A stretch of 64,000 nucleotides of DNA from Octopus vulgaris (GCA_951406725.2 OX597831.1:33852001-33916000); one strand, 5' to 3'; shown: positions 13,934 through 27,533, counted from the first letter of the stretch. Numbers and translations are program-made. Notes: a model not told the origin generated them from the letters alone.

Positions 13934-14000
13934 AAATTATAATTTAGGGTATCTAAGAGATACCTCCACGGTATCTCTTAGATACCCTAAATTATAATTT
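13934..14000. repeat. Perfect 31-bp-arm hairpin
   Basis: AAATTATAATTTAGGGTATCTAAGAGATACC-tccac-GGTATCTCTTAGATACCCTAAATTATAATTT. Confidence 0.9.
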
Positions 14001-14061
14001 ATATATGTGCCCCAGCATGGCCTCAGCCGGATGGCTGAAACAAGTAAAAGAGTAAAAGAGA

Positions 14062-14094
<33 letters not shown>

Positions 14095-14370
14095 GTACGT
14101 GTGCGCGTACAAATGCATACACACATGCATATATTCAAAGATATATCAACACACTTACACACATATTCAGTAGACTCATGTAGCCATCAGTCCATATATA
14201 TATATATATATATATATATGCCACGTAAGTGTGGTCGACTCATAGGCGACGATGATACTGTTGCTTATAGCCCCAAAAAGACATCTCTACCAGCTTGTTA
14301 ACGGCACACTCTCTGTCTTATCAGCATTTTCAAAGGGAAAACATCGTTCCCATCTCTGGCTTTATGTCAT

Positions 14371-14416
14371 ACACACGGACCCGAGTTTCTGAGTAGTAAC
14401 CCGTCATCAGTGTGTG
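14371..14416 (-). ncRNA. Type-I hammerhead ribozyme motif, slightly decayed stems
   Basis: Minus strand: CACACA-CUGAUGA-CGGGU uacu ACUCA-GAAA-C-UCGG-GUC/CGUGUG; core intact, first pair of stems I and II mismatched. Confidence 0.65.
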
Positions 14417-14652
14417 GTAATCACCGGCTAAATTGAGAGATCATTCCAAATGCAAAATACTATATGATTTTTCCAGTGACAGTCTGTCGCTGATCTCGAA
14501 AAAGGAGACGCAAGCGATATTAAATCTCTGAGTGAGAAGTAATCAGTAGCAGCATGGAATCGACGTATATTTGTGGCGGTCCCATAGGTGGCAAATATAC
14601 TTCACGATTCCGTGCTGCTAATATTTACTTCTTGCTCAGAAATTTAATATTG

Positions 14653-14684
<32 letters not shown>

Positions 14685-14688
<4 letters not shown>

Positions 14689-14865
14689 CAAAACAACGCG
14701 AGGACGTGGAACAGGTATAGTGTTATTGGGCGCTCAGAAAAGGAAAGAAAGAAGGAGGATTTAACGTTTCGAACGGAGCTCTTCGTCAGAAACAGAAAAA
14801 GGAAAGGTCCAACGAAGGGAAGACGGAGAAAGAAAATTGCCAACGATACACACACGGTCACATAT
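14685..14865 (-). mobile_element. Penelope-type terminal-repeat fragment with hammerhead-like core
   Basis: Minus strand: CUGACGA-A-GAGC ucc GUUC-GAAACGUU; homologous to 35610-35815(+). Confidence 0.55.
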
Positions 14866-14896
14866 TGAATATATATATATATATATACATATATAT

Positions 14897-14936
<40 letters not shown>

Positions 14937-15028
14937 TAAATAGATAGATAGATAAGGTCATTAAAATCAAAATAAGCTACAGGATATCCAGAGGCAATGC
15001 AGTACGATCGTTTCAAGTGACTCTATAT

Positions 15029-15180
15029 CACAGAAAGAGATATATTTAGTTTACAAAGTATTTGGAATCAACTGACCTGTTTTACCATTTTATCGTAAAA
15101 GACTAGTCTTTTACGATAAAATGATGAAACAGGTTTGTTGATCCCAAATTCTTTGTAAACGAAATATATCTCTTCTTGTG
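15029..15180. repeat. Imperfect ~75-bp-arm palindrome
   Basis: Centre TTTTATCGTAAAAGACT|AGTCTTTTACGATAAAA; arms extend to CACAGAAAGAGATATATTT / AAATATATCTCTTCTTGTG. Confidence 0.85.
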
Positions 15181-15681
15181 TATATATATACTACCAAAAT
15201 ATGACCTTTTTGAACTTATAATTTTCTGTGTATATATATATAGATAGATAGATACTTCCAAACAAATATGATTTTTAATGAAATCCTAATAGGTGCTATG
15301 AACTTGACAATAATTTCTCAAAAATTTTTTTTCTGTAAACTGTTTTTAACATATTCTTATTGTTATCAAAGAATGTATATATGTATTATAATTTTTTGAG
15401 CCCAATATTTTAATGAACTTTTTTATATTTTCCCAAGATTTTTCCTTGTAAACTGTTTTTAACATGTTCTTATTATTATCGAAGAATGTATATATATATA
15501 TATATTGTAATATTTTGTGACAACCAGTACTTAACACAACAAAGCTTTTACATATTACTTTTGACAATCACTTTCTAAAAAAGTGAAACCGGTCAAGTGA
15601 ATATACATCTTTTAAAATTGCATTTTCAAACCTTCTTTCATATATAATTCCACTCGTGCGGTACCTTACAACTTCACTTTG

Positions 15682-15746
<65 letters not shown>

Positions 15747-15747
<1 letters not shown>

Positions 15748-16115
15748 CTATATAAACGGCAGTTTGTCTGTGTGTGTTTCTGTGTGTCTGTTTGGTTGTA
15801 CCCTCACTCTGACCACGGCTTTCAACCGATTCTGATGAAACTTAACACACACATAGCCCAATGTCATAATTCAAAACTAACGCAGCGAAAATTTTGAAAA
15901 GTTCCCCCAGTTCTGAAAAAGATCGATAAATTCGACATGGGGTCGACAATCAGAAACACAAACCACAGATGGTCTAGGGGACGCAACTCGACCTTTTTAA
16001 CTATCAAAAAAAAATTTACCATAATTTTTTCCCCCATTTTTTTGCTATAACTCTCTAAAAATGCTTTATAGTTATTTCCCTTACAGACCCGAGCAACGCC
16101 GGGTGATACTGCTAG
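15747..16115 (+). mobile_element. Non-autonomous Helitron
   Basis: 5' TC, 3' hairpin CCCGAGCAACGCCGGG followed by CTAG, inserted between A and T. Confidence 0.8.
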
Positions 16116-17066
16116 TATATATATATGTGTGTGTGTGTGTATGTATGTATGTATGCATATACTCACATTAAGGGGGCAAGGGCAAAAGCGACCTTTCTCC
16201 AATACAGTATTACACACACACACACACATACATCGATCCCGAAATGATGAAATATTAAGCCAACTCGAGAGGTGTTTGAACACAGAATGTGTACGTCTGC
16301 ACTTGTGATAACCGTACGTCATTGTTTTCTATTACACAACACTACTTTTCAGCACAACAACATCTCACAACTTTAAGACAATTCAGTGAACAGAATTTAC
16401 CGGTTAGGGGTCGACCTAGGGTTTAAACATCGGCAGTATGTTAAATTAGAATGTTACGCTTTATTAGACATATAAAGCTATTAGATAATTTACGACTGAA
16501 GAATTTCAATGTGATATCTAGGTTTTACACCGTTGAACCATTACACACACACACACACACAGATCATCATTATCATGATCATCATCGACGTCGTCATCAT
16601 CGTTCTCCTCTCCTACCCTTCTCACTCCACGATCATCTATGCCCTATACTTTTCCAAACATACATATTATAGACACATATATATACACACATACACATAT
16701 ACATTGTACACACATACATTATAAACACACAGAGATTACATACTGACATTATAAACACATCGATTACATACATACGTTATGCACACTCATAGATCATATA
16801 CATACATAGTACGCACACATATATTATAAGCACACATTGATAATATGTATACCCTATACACACGCACAGATACACATAGATACATTACTTAACACATTGA
16901 TCATACATTATACACACGCATAGATTATATACACATATACATTGTACATACACGTATGTTATACACATATTGATAATATACATATATAACACATAAATAA
17001 CTTATATACGCATCTACATTATACACAGACATAAATTATGCAGAAAATATATATATATATATATAT

Positions 17067-17106
<40 letters not shown>

Positions 17107-17152
17107 AATATATATATATACATAAAGTCTAATATATATATATATATATAAA

Positions 17153-17215
<63 letters not shown>

Positions 17216-17267
17216 AATATATATATATATATAGAGACAGAGAGTCTATATATATATATATATAAAG

Positions 17268-17318
<51 letters not shown>

Positions 17319-17401
17319 AATATATATATATATAGAGAGAGAGAGAGAGTCTATATATATATATATATAAAGTCTAAATATATATATATATATATATATA
17401 G

Positions 17402-17537
<136 letters not shown>

Positions 17538-17589
17538 TCTATATATATATATATATATATAAAGTCTATATATATATATATATATATAT

Positions 17590-17643
17590 AAAGTCTAATT
17601 CTTCAATTTCATGTAACACGGCAACGCCGGGTATCTCTGCTAG
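17590..17643 (+). mobile_element. Helitron 3' terminus (short)
   Basis: CACGGCAACGCCGGGTATCTCTGCTAG-T; inverted copy of 17666-17720. Confidence 0.7.
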
Positions 17644-17665
17644 TATATATATATATATATATATA

Positions 17666-18160
17666 CTAGCAGAGATACCCGGCGTTGCCCGTGTTACATG
17701 CAATTGAAGAATTAGACTTTTCTGTTATATTTTCAGTAATGAACTGGAATATCTATGTTTCGAATTTCATGAAAATTGCAGATGAGCGTTATTTCCCTCT
17801 TTACACATTCACCAAAAATTGTAATCGTGCCACATATATCCCATACTACTGATTTTTATGTGCATATTCCAAAATTCCAGTCTTATTGAACCTGTTAAAA
17901 AATTTTTGCTCCTGAAAAATGAAGGTCATGGAGTTCTAAAATGTGAGAGTTAAGGCCCCTGTTGGGGGGCGGCATCTTAATGTCAACCAGAGAAGTTGAA
18001 TTGTTGAGAATCTTTTTAACTTGGGTCTTATATCTATTGTTTGAATTTCTTTGAAATAGGAAATATATGTTCACTGGGTTTGTGAAAGAGAGCAAAGCTA
18101 CAGGAAACCAAAAGACGAATGATCACAATAAGCAGTCAGCTAACCTACCCTAGTCGTTAC
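17666..18160 (-). mobile_element. Helitron 3' portion (5' boundary uncertain)
   Basis: CTAG end with GGGCAACGCCGGG hairpin on the minus strand; blocks homologous to 27618-27840. Confidence 0.75.
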
Positions 18161-19411
18161 CACACTCAATGTAGGATTCCTCACTATCCAGGTGATAGGC
18201 ACAGCTGTAAGATGCATTGCGAATCTATAGCAATTGAAAGGGCGTGATCCAACTGAAATAAACATCAACAACTGTGTGACGTGAGGGCTGAGGAGAAATG
18301 AAAGTGTCACCTCTGGAGTTTGCAAATGACCACTATACTGATACGTAACTGGACAGAATAAATGTTACCATCTGGGGACAATGTGTGACCGAGTGATAAT
18401 AAAAAGATTGAAAGGAGGTCTGCAATCAAATAACTTTACTCAACACTTTGCAACTGAATCAGTGGAGGCAAAGATGCCTCTCATTTACTTGACAATTTAT
18501 GCACCACATTGCAGAAATCACAATGTAAGTATATGTCAAAGTAAACTGTTACACTCTTGTACCATTGAATTACAAATAATGCTCAGCTTTTATGCTCGGG
18601 TAACCCTACAGCTTCCAAGAGCTGTATTCATTTTTGCTTAGATAACATGACAAAATTGTGGGTGTTAAGACCCCATGGATGGGTCTTTCTAACTTGTAAG
18701 AAGATGAAATTTTATAAATATTACTTCATTATATAACTTTACGGTCATGAGAGTTAGCCGATACGGAAAGGAATAAGGCGACTGCTCTCTACAGTCGGTG
18801 GTGTATGGACACATCCGGTTTATGGTTGTTGTTAATAAGATGGTGAAACGAAAATTAGCACGGGATTAGGTTAGCTAGTTATGTCCCTTGGTTGGATTCG
18901 CTGTAAAGCAAGTAAGAGTTATCTTGAAATGCTTGTGGGAGATGTGGGAGTTATTTAGTGTGGTGCTCTTATGGGGATCGGGTATGTGATATGAGTAGTG
19001 GTGCCATATGTATAGTTTTTTCTAAGGGTGCAGATATATATAATAATAACTGTATTCGTTTTCTTCTCTATTAGTTAAGCTTGTGGGGCCTTTATGATCG
19101 CGTGCGGTGAGTGTAAGGGTACCTTGACTTATGGACTCTTATATGTATATATACAATATATACAATGTGCTTCTTTCAGTTTCCATCTCCCAAATCCCCT
19201 TACAAGGCTTTGGTCGACACGAAGCTATAGGAGAAGCACTTGCCGAAGGTGCAACACTGTGGGATTAAACTCTGATTTATGTGGTTGGGAAGCAAGTTTC
19301 TTACCACAGTCATATTTGCGCATGCGTAAAGCATGATAACTGAAAGGATCATAATACCAATATTTCGAGTTGCAAGTTTCCGATCATTCAGGTGATCACT
19401 CACTCACTCAC

Positions 19412-19488
<77 letters not shown>

Positions 19489-19849
19489 TATGGTAATATA
19501 ACATTTGTTATTGAATAAAGAGTGTATTTTATTAATTTCTGTTCCATGAAGTGCAGTTGGTATTATTTGTCATTGTAGCTTGAAAGAGAAGAGACTGAAA
19601 AGATGTCATTTTGTAGCTGTCCAAACTATAATTTTCTGCGATTGAAAGCAACAATGAAATCTTTCCATAAACTTCATACTCGGAAAATGCACTTGTTGAC
19701 ATCAATCGCTGTATAAAAGTTAACGTTATCAATAATGATTATTGTAATAATAATCAATCTTTATGAGGTTGTTCGTATGACTGGCCAAGGAGTCAATGAC
19801 TTGTTCACATCTTTAACATTCACGTACATTTATCATCATCAGATAATTA

Positions 19850-20250
19850 CTGAATTATTGACAAATTAAAAACTTTCCTCGCTAGCTTGTCTACGTTGGA
19901 GATATCTTTGAACGTAGCTGTATGTAACATAATTAAAAGAAGGAAAAAAAAAACGGAAAGAAAAAATAGCAACTTTGAAACCTGCCAGGTTGAACTGTGT
20001 GGATATTGTTGAAAATGATTCGCTACAGATGGCTGCACTTCATTGACACTGTTTGGCCTTGCAGACCTTGGTGGGTCTTCCACAGAGCCTGAAGCTATAA
20101 ATCACTATGAATTTTCCTTAATGGTGACATGGTGAAAGGAGTGCAGATTTATTTGTTGGTAGCATATCGTTTGGATATATACGAATGATAAAGTTATATC
20201 TTGTCAGTGCAGGATAATCAATATTCTGTGATCATTTGGTAGTATTTGCT
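19850..20250 (-). mobile_element. Decayed Tc1/mariner-superfamily transposase N-terminal fragment
   Basis: GSVEDPPRSARPNSV...FQQYPHSSTWQVS resembles the GRP/HTH region seen at 23400-23600. Confidence 0.45.
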
Positions 20251-20378
20251 AAAAATGTGTAAGGTATCGAGTCAAAAGATATTCACAGTAAAATAGCAAA
20301 AATACAACAAAAAATTTGTAAAACAAAATTATAATGGAAAGAAAAACTGCAAATTTTATACACAGACACAGACACACA

Positions 20379-20423
<45 letters not shown>

Positions 20424-21029
20424 ACATACATACATACATACATACATACATACATACACACACATGCCTGCACACATAATACCCACACCCTTGGCTACAC
20501 CAACGCACACACACTCTTTCTCACCCCTCTACAGTCACACCCACCCATTCTCACACTCACTTCTGGCTGCCTTCTGACCCACTATTTGACCCCTTTCCAT
20601 CTACGCACACACGCACTTCCACACCTACCGATTCACACACATGTCACTATAGCTTCTGATCTCTCAGAGCGACGTTCACACACACACACACACACACAGT
20701 TGATACTACACATACATGAGCTACCATACGCTACCACAAACACACACACACAGGTATCAGACACACACATACACACAGTTACCACCACATGCAGACATGC
20801 AACCACGCACACACAGACATGAGAGTTACTGCCACATACACACACGCTACAATACATAGACACACTACTACAGACATCACACGCTACCACACACCACCAC
20901 ACACATACGCGCGCGCGCACTCACACATATATTATATGTAATAATATTTATATTCATACATTACATATATTATATGTAATAATATTTATAATATATATAA
21001 ATATATATATATATATTTATATATATATA

Positions 21030-22475
21030 CTAGCAAAGATACCTGGCGTTGCTCGGGATTAAAATGACATAGTTTGTATATAATATATTACAGTTATGTT
21101 GAAAAAGGTGGTATGGCAAAGTGCAGCATTGACAACAAAACATTTGTGGAGTGAATGCTGGGCTAATTCGACTAAGCAACATGCTATGCGTCCGTTTGGA
21201 GTATTTCAGGCCCTAACCTGTCATGGAAAATTGGAGGTGGGGGTTATGTGATTATTGAACGCGCCGAAAAGCTGTCAGTGGATATACTCTCTTTGGCAGA
21301 AGTCAGCGCTGTTGTCTAACACAACCCATCATATGAAATTTTAACACCTCCTTCGGGTTTGTTGTCCTACATCACTCATAAAGTAAATGTAGGGGGACCG
21401 TGGTTGTTCATTTGTGGGTAACAGGGAATCAATGAGGTGATAGACTTGCCCTTGAATTTTGACGTCGGCATAAATTCATGTTTATCTATCTTCTTAGATG
21501 CACCAAACGATGTCATTTGAAATGCACAGTTGTATTGTCTGATATTATTCAGAAAATCCTTTGACTGGATGAAAATTCCTTCTAGAAGATCCATAAGAGG
21601 TTCAGAAGGAGCTGGTAGTGCTGGCAATGCTACCTGACCGCCTGAGCAGCACGCACCATTTGTTTCATTTGGGGCGACTGTACACAGCTACCAGCCCACA
21701 GTCGACGCTATGGCGACCAGAGCTCGCTCTGGGCGACATTGGGGCGACTGCACACAGCTACCAGCCCACAGTCGACGATATGGCATTGGTGTAACTATTA
21801 CAAACGGGTTGGGTTAGGTTGGGTTGGGTTGGAAGAATTTCCAGTATATATTGAGAACTATAGCGCGAAGGCAGCATGAAAAAAACAACCCTTCCTCAAT
21901 TGTTGGCAGATTTACCTATCCCGCATTGCGAGCAGTGCAACAAGATGCGTCTTCGTCAAAGCAATTGCTCCCCCAAAGTAAATTATATAAAATTTGAAAT
22001 ACGTGGAACGTCAAAGCTGCTAACAAAAACAGGACAGTGAAAACATTCGGTAAGAGGTGTTTAACCCTAACGAAGTGAAGTGGTGAACGCTAGAGAAAAA
22101 AAGCTTTGTCAAGAGACAGACAAGAATGCGTGTTATAGTTATAAACTGAACGAGAAGAAAAAGAATTACATTTAGAAATAGAGATCTATAATTATTGAGG
22201 ACAAAATTTGAGTTAGAAATAGAGAACTATAAATATTGTAGTATGCATAAAGTGGTGGCTTACATTCGGGGCTTCCAATTTCTCTGTAAAATATAAGATA
22301 GTCGCAAAATCATCGCACATGTCACCATCGATTACACACACCGGTGGAAGATAAAATATAATGTATAGAAATATATAAAAACCAGAATAGAAAATAAACG
22401 TCTTAGGCATATAAAATAAGATAACGTGAGATATCAAGGTGTTATAAACTTGAAACCTACTAGAATATCATAGAT
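21030..22475 (-). mobile_element. Helitron deletion derivative with RepHel N-terminal fragment
   Basis: CTAG and hairpin end at 21030; 21376-21670 encodes ETNGACCSGGQVALPALPAPSEPLMDLL..FLNNIRQYNCAFQMTSFGA..FMPT, characteristic of Helitron proteins; 5' boundary approximate. Confidence 0.8.
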
Positions 22476-22529
22476 TATATATATCAAGTCATCCAATCAG
22501 TTCTGTCCAATTTTACCTTTTTTTAAAGA

Positions 22530-23858
22530 TTTGAATGAAATTTAATAGTATTTTCAAATGTCTAATTCAATTAAAAATTATTTTTATGCATTTGTGTACG
22601 ATTAACACATACTTTTAAAACAAACCGATTTTATTTAATTATAATGATAATAAATAATATTTTCAAAATGATTTCCATCATTTTTCAATGCATAACTTGA
22701 TGCACCTTGCAAAATTCAGGTGAACTTGATTAAATAAGTCTACATTGCCACCAATTTCAGCACACTGACTGGTAATGCGTTCTCTTATGTGTTTTAAATC
22801 TGTAATCTTTATTGTAATCTTTCTCTTTCAACATACTCCAGAAAAAGAAATCAAGGGGAGAAAGGTCTGGTGAACGAGGGGACCTTTCCATATGAGCCCT
22901 TCTTCCAATCCAGTGAGGAAAAGTGTCATTTAGCCAATCTCTAACAGTTGTGGCAAAATGGGTAGGGGCTCCATCCTGCTGAAACCAATTCGGAAGGTCC
23001 TCACCTAGGCGCTCAATTTCAGATATTAATTTGTCTTTCAATATGTTTACATAAGTCTCATCCGTTACATTTTCATTGAAGAAGGGTCCTAGAACATGAG
23101 CTTTCCACAAACCACACCACACCATCACCTTTTTGCTGCCTTGCTGTTTGGATGGATCCATCCAATGTGGATTACCTCGAGACCAGTATAGAAGATTCTG
23201 TCTGTTGAACTCATAATTTACATAAAACGTAGCTTTGTCACCGAACAACACATAGTTTTTCGTAAAATTGATATTTTCATCCAATTTATCTGAAAACCAT
23301 TCGCACGTCTACATTCGTCTATCAGAGTCGTCTTCGTTTAAGTGATGCAATATCTGTAGGTTGTATCGATGAAACTTTTCCTCAACCAGCATTTTGTGGA
23401 TGGTTGGTTTTGGAACACCTAACACCGTGGATGTCCGACGAAGTGATTTCTTTGGGCTAGTAGAAACTTTAGCAATGACAGCCTCTTTCGTTTCATCTGA
23501 AGTCTTTGGTCACCCGGAACGGGGTTTATCCAAAACACTGCCTGTTTCTTTAAATTTCTTGATCAATTTCCCGACGGCAGTAAAAAAAATAGGTTACCTA
23601 TAAGGGTGTCGAAGATTCACTTAATAATACTAACTCGATTCTTTCTTTTTTAGACAGATCTATCATTCGATCTGGGATTCTTTCTTCTTTAGACAGAGCT
23701 ATCATTCGATCATCTGTAGAAAAAATAACAAATAAATTTAGAAAAGTAAAGTATTTTTTTATTTAATTGAAAGAAAAGTAAAAAACGAAAATTATTATTT
23801 CTTATATTTGTTTATGTTATGATTTTATTCCATGTACCCAGACTTCGTGGACACCCTA
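22530..23858 (-). mobile_element. Tc1/mariner-superfamily (DD37E-like) transposon, pseudogenised
   Basis: ORF 22757-23284 has VMVWCG..LGPFF..WFQQDGAPTH..WIGR..PRSPDLSPLDFFFW; HTH region upstream; one TIR-like end AGGGTGTCCACGAAGTC near 23856. Confidence 0.8.
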
Positions 23859-23886
23859 AAATTGCTTTGATTAAACCCCTTTCAAC

Positions 23887-24874
23887 ATGGAAGTATCCAA
23901 GGAGCATTTAAGGCACATATAATTCTTTATGAGTACAATAAAGGTAACTCTGCAGCCGAAGTGACTCGAAACATACACCCAGTTTATGGGAAAGTGTTTG
24001 AATGAAAGAACTTGCAGGAGATCGTTTGCAAAATTGAAGATAAAGATCGAATAGGATGTCCAGTTGAGTTTGATGATAAACTCCTTGAGGCATTACTTGA
24101 AGAAAATCCGTCATTATCAGTTGAAGAATTGGCAATAAAGCTTACTTCAAACCATACAACAGTTCTTCAACAACGTGGAAAGGTTCCCAAACTTGGAAAA
24201 TAGGTGCCTCATGTATTGTCCGAAAACAACCGCAAATCCAAAGTTGACATCTGCTCTTTTCTTCATTCTCGCAAACTCATTTCACCCTTTTTCGATAGAC
24301 TTGTGACGAAAAATGGATTTTCTATCGAAATGTTAAACGTCGTAAACAGTGGCTTGGTAAAAGGGAAAATGCTCAACCACAACCGAGAAGGGAACTTCAT
24401 GGGGAAAAGGTTCTACTCTATCTGGTGCGAATGCAAAGGCGTAATTCACTTTATATTGTTACCACAAAATGCAACAATCAATGCTCAAGTCTACTGTCAG
24501 CAATTAGAGCGTTTGAACCAAGCTTTGAATGAAAAAAGAACCGCTTTAGTGAGTCGAAAACGAGTGATATTTCATCAGGACAATGCGCAACCCCACACTG
24601 CAAAGATCACATTACAGAAGATCGAAAAGGTCGGTTTGGAAAAATTTCTTCATCCAACTTATTCTCCCGACCTTACTCCTTCAGGATACCATTTGTTTCA
24701 TAGTTTACAGAATTATTAGGGGGTCACAACTTTCGCAAGCCAGGAGGAGATCGAACCTGACATTTCAGAGTTCTTCGCTTTGAAACCAAAAGAGTTTTAC
24801 ATTGATGGGATTAAAAAACTTGTAAATGGATGGAAGTAAGTCTTAGATAATCAGGGAAAGTACATTTATGATTA
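23887..24874 (+). pseudogene. mariner transposase pseudogene
   Basis: MEVSKEHLRHI..., *VPHVL (WVPHEL-like), FHQDNAQPH, HPTYSPDLTPSGYHLF; contains frameshifts and stops. Confidence 0.85.
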
Positions 24875-25139
24875 ACTTTCAATTAAATATAACATTTGAT
24901 CACTTGGATTCTCTATCCAAAATTCGGACAGAACTTATGGGATGACCTGAGATATATACACCGGCGAAAATATATTTAAGACCAACGATAAAAGTTCTAT
25001 TTCTTACAAAATATTTTGTTACTAACACCATAAAAATTATTTATATCATTTACACCTTATGCAAAATTTATTTCTCTTTCGAATGATGCAAACAATTTTT
25101 ATACAACTTGAAGAATTCTAATGCTAAATTAATATATAT

Positions 25140-25302
25140 TTCTTTACTGCCCACAAGGGGCTAAACATAGAGGGGACAAACAAGGACAGACAAACGGATT
25201 AAGTCGATTACATCGACCCCAGTGCGTAACTGGTACTTAATTCATCGACCCCAAAAGGATGAAAGGCAAAGTGGACCTCGGCAGAATTTGAACTCAGAAC
25301 GT
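25140..25302 (-). mobile_element. SINE family B, 3' part
   Basis: Reverse complement of GTTCTGAGTTCAAATTC...GGGCAGTAAAGAAA. Confidence 0.75.
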
Positions 25303-25923
25303 AATATAAACGTTTCAAATTTACCGGCAAAATTAGTTTAAGAGCATGTAATATGTATGCAATTTTTTTGGCCAAAATGGATGGTCCCACAACGAGCCTA
25401 AATGCACCATATAAAGTTATAATTTAATGTTATTATACAATTTATTAATAATGGGAAAACAACGTAGCCTTAGTCCAGTCACGAGAGCAAAAATCGTATA
25501 TTACAGCAAAAAGTTTCCTTTTCGAACATCAGCAAGCAACTAAAGTGAAGTAAACCGGCTTGCGTGCAAGCGTGGAAGTTATACTCGGAGACTGGTCAAT
25601 ATAAAGATCGGCCAAGGACTAGTAACAGAATATTTTGTAAGAAATAGAATTTTTATCATCAGTCTTAAATTTATTTTCGCCAGTGTGTATATTATATATA
25701 TATAATACGAGAATTTTAATGGAGATAACCTGTAGTATATAGTACAACATTTTTGTCTCCGTATATGAGCTAAGTATTAATAAAATGTGGTATACGATAA
25801 AAATTTCGGATATTTGTCTTAAAGCATTCAGACAAGAAAATTCAGATGTAGCACATGAGGTATTATTCCATACGAATATACACACATTTATGTTAAGAGT
25901 TTCATGATAAAAATATAGAAATA

Positions 25924-26488
25924 TTGGGTTGTCCGGAAAGTTCGTGCCGATTCATAGTAGCTTATCTTTCGACTTATTTTAGAACATGTTTGAGTCCATA
26001 AAATAGGATTTGACTACACCTCCATTTAGAGCACAGTTTAAGCTATCTTTTCGTGGAAGAAAGTTTATGTTCCTATAACCTGTGTTAATTCTGTAACCCT
26101 TTAAAATAAAAGATGAGAAAGTTCATTTTCGGCACTTGATGCTTTGGGAACCAGACAAAAATTGCTGCAGCTCGGCTGAGATGTGTTAGCCCCACCCTCC
26201 CTATTCCCCAGATATTGCTCCTTCAGGTTTCCACTTATTCAGGTCTCCGCAGAATAGTCTTAATGGTAAAATTTCAATTCCTTAGATGACGTAAAAAGAT
26301 ACCTTGATGAATTCTTTGCCTTGAAACCACCCCAATTCTGGGAGGAGGGTATCTTCAAGGTAAAGGAAAGATGGAGAAGTATTCTGCAACGAAATGGTTC
26401 AGATTTGGTTAATTAAAAATGTAATGGCAAGTATTTAGTGACCTTTACTTTCCTTTAAAAATCGGAACGAACTTTCCGGACAATGCAA
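25924..26488 (+). mobile_element. mariner internal-deletion derivative
   Basis: TA-TTGGGTTGTCCGGAAAGTTCGT ... ACGAACTTTCCGGACAATGCAA-TA; encodes HPPYSPDIAPSGFHLFRS and FWEEGIFKVKERW. Confidence 0.85.
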
Positions 26489-26569
26489 TAAAAACATAAC
26501 AATGAAATACGAATATAAACATGAAAAATAAAAACCTAAATTGAAAGAGGCGATTAAAATTTTTTTCCT

Positions 26570-26637
26570 AACCTGCAGCCGTTTCAGAAAAGTAGTTGTA
26601 CGAAGTATTCGAAATTCAGCCCTCCTTCCTCAGGGTT
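26570..26637 (-). ncRNA. Degenerate hammerhead motif, probably inactive
   Basis: Minus strand: AACC-CUGAGGA-AGGAGG...CUUUUCU-GAAA-C-GGCU-GCA/GGUU; U16.1 replaced by C. Confidence 0.4.
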
Positions 26638-26789
26638 CCTTTCTCGAGGTAAAATCCAGCAAAAAGCATTAAGCCACTACATGGTGAGTATTCAGTTGGT
26701 GAAAGTTCAGTTTTTGAGTATCGATGAATAAGTGACAAATTTTCAAGAGGATTACCACGTTTAAATAAGAAATGAAATTCATTGAAAGG

Positions 26790-26910
26790 TTAACTTTAGT
26801 TAATCATGCAAATAATAGCCAATGGGAATATTCCACTCTCTACTATAAAAAAAAATTTAAGATTACAGGTTTGTGCATAAGTGTTCATTGGATCTAATGA
26901 TCTAATTGGA
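26790..26910 (+). mobile_element. Possible highly decayed Gypsy RT fragment
   Basis: NSQWEYSTLYYKKK...QVCA resembles the SEWAxPxVYVKKK..RVCAD motif. Confidence 0.3.
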
Positions 26911-27229
26911 CCGTATTTTCAAAAAGCTTTTATATTCTAAAAAATTATATTTTAAAGTTTAAGAAAATTATAGGACGCTAAATATTTATGCTTACAGCAT
27001 ACTAAAATGTCTGTAATTTTTTATATAGGGGTGAATAAATGAATTCTTATGTCCCCTATATCTAATTTTAAAATTAGCAGTATTCCCTATATAAATTTTC
27101 CTAAGTCCGGAGCGTTAAACTAATAAACCTGTTTGCTGTCTGTTTACACACCCGTCTTCGTCTTTTGTTCGTTTCTTTTGTAAATTCCAAATATATATGT
27201 ATGTATGTATGTATGTGTGTGTATGCATA

Positions 27230-27533
27230 CAGTTGCGGCTAAAATGTTCAGAACGGCATTGTTTTCGTCAGAAAAGTAGGTATAAGTTTTTATCAAAGTT
27301 GTTTTATATTCTATAAATACGAAATTAATTGTTATTGTCTGAGATTTTGGTGTAATTTGAGAGGATAATACAAAACTTATGGATGATTTAGTGATTTACT
27401 GCAAAACCCATGGCAGCCAAAATGACGTATTTATTGTCTGTGAAAATGATAGAATATAAAAAAACTTTGATAAAAACTTATACCTAATTTTCTGACGAAA
27501 ACAATGCCGTTCTGAAAATTTTGGCCGCAACTG
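27230..27533. mobile_element. Tc1/mariner-type MITE with ~85-bp TIRs
   Basis: TA-CAGTTGCGGCTAAAATGTTCAGAACGGCATTGTTTTCGTCAGAAAA... and its inverse ending GGCCGCAACTG-TA. Confidence 0.9.

Larger units (their letters stand above)
22484..24950 (+). mobile_element. mariner (DD34D-type) transposon, interrupted near its left end by a Tc1-like element
   Basis: TIRs TCAAGTCATCCAATCAGTTCTGTCC / GGACAGAACTTATGGGATGACCTGA enclosing a transposase pseudogene. Confidence 0.8.
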
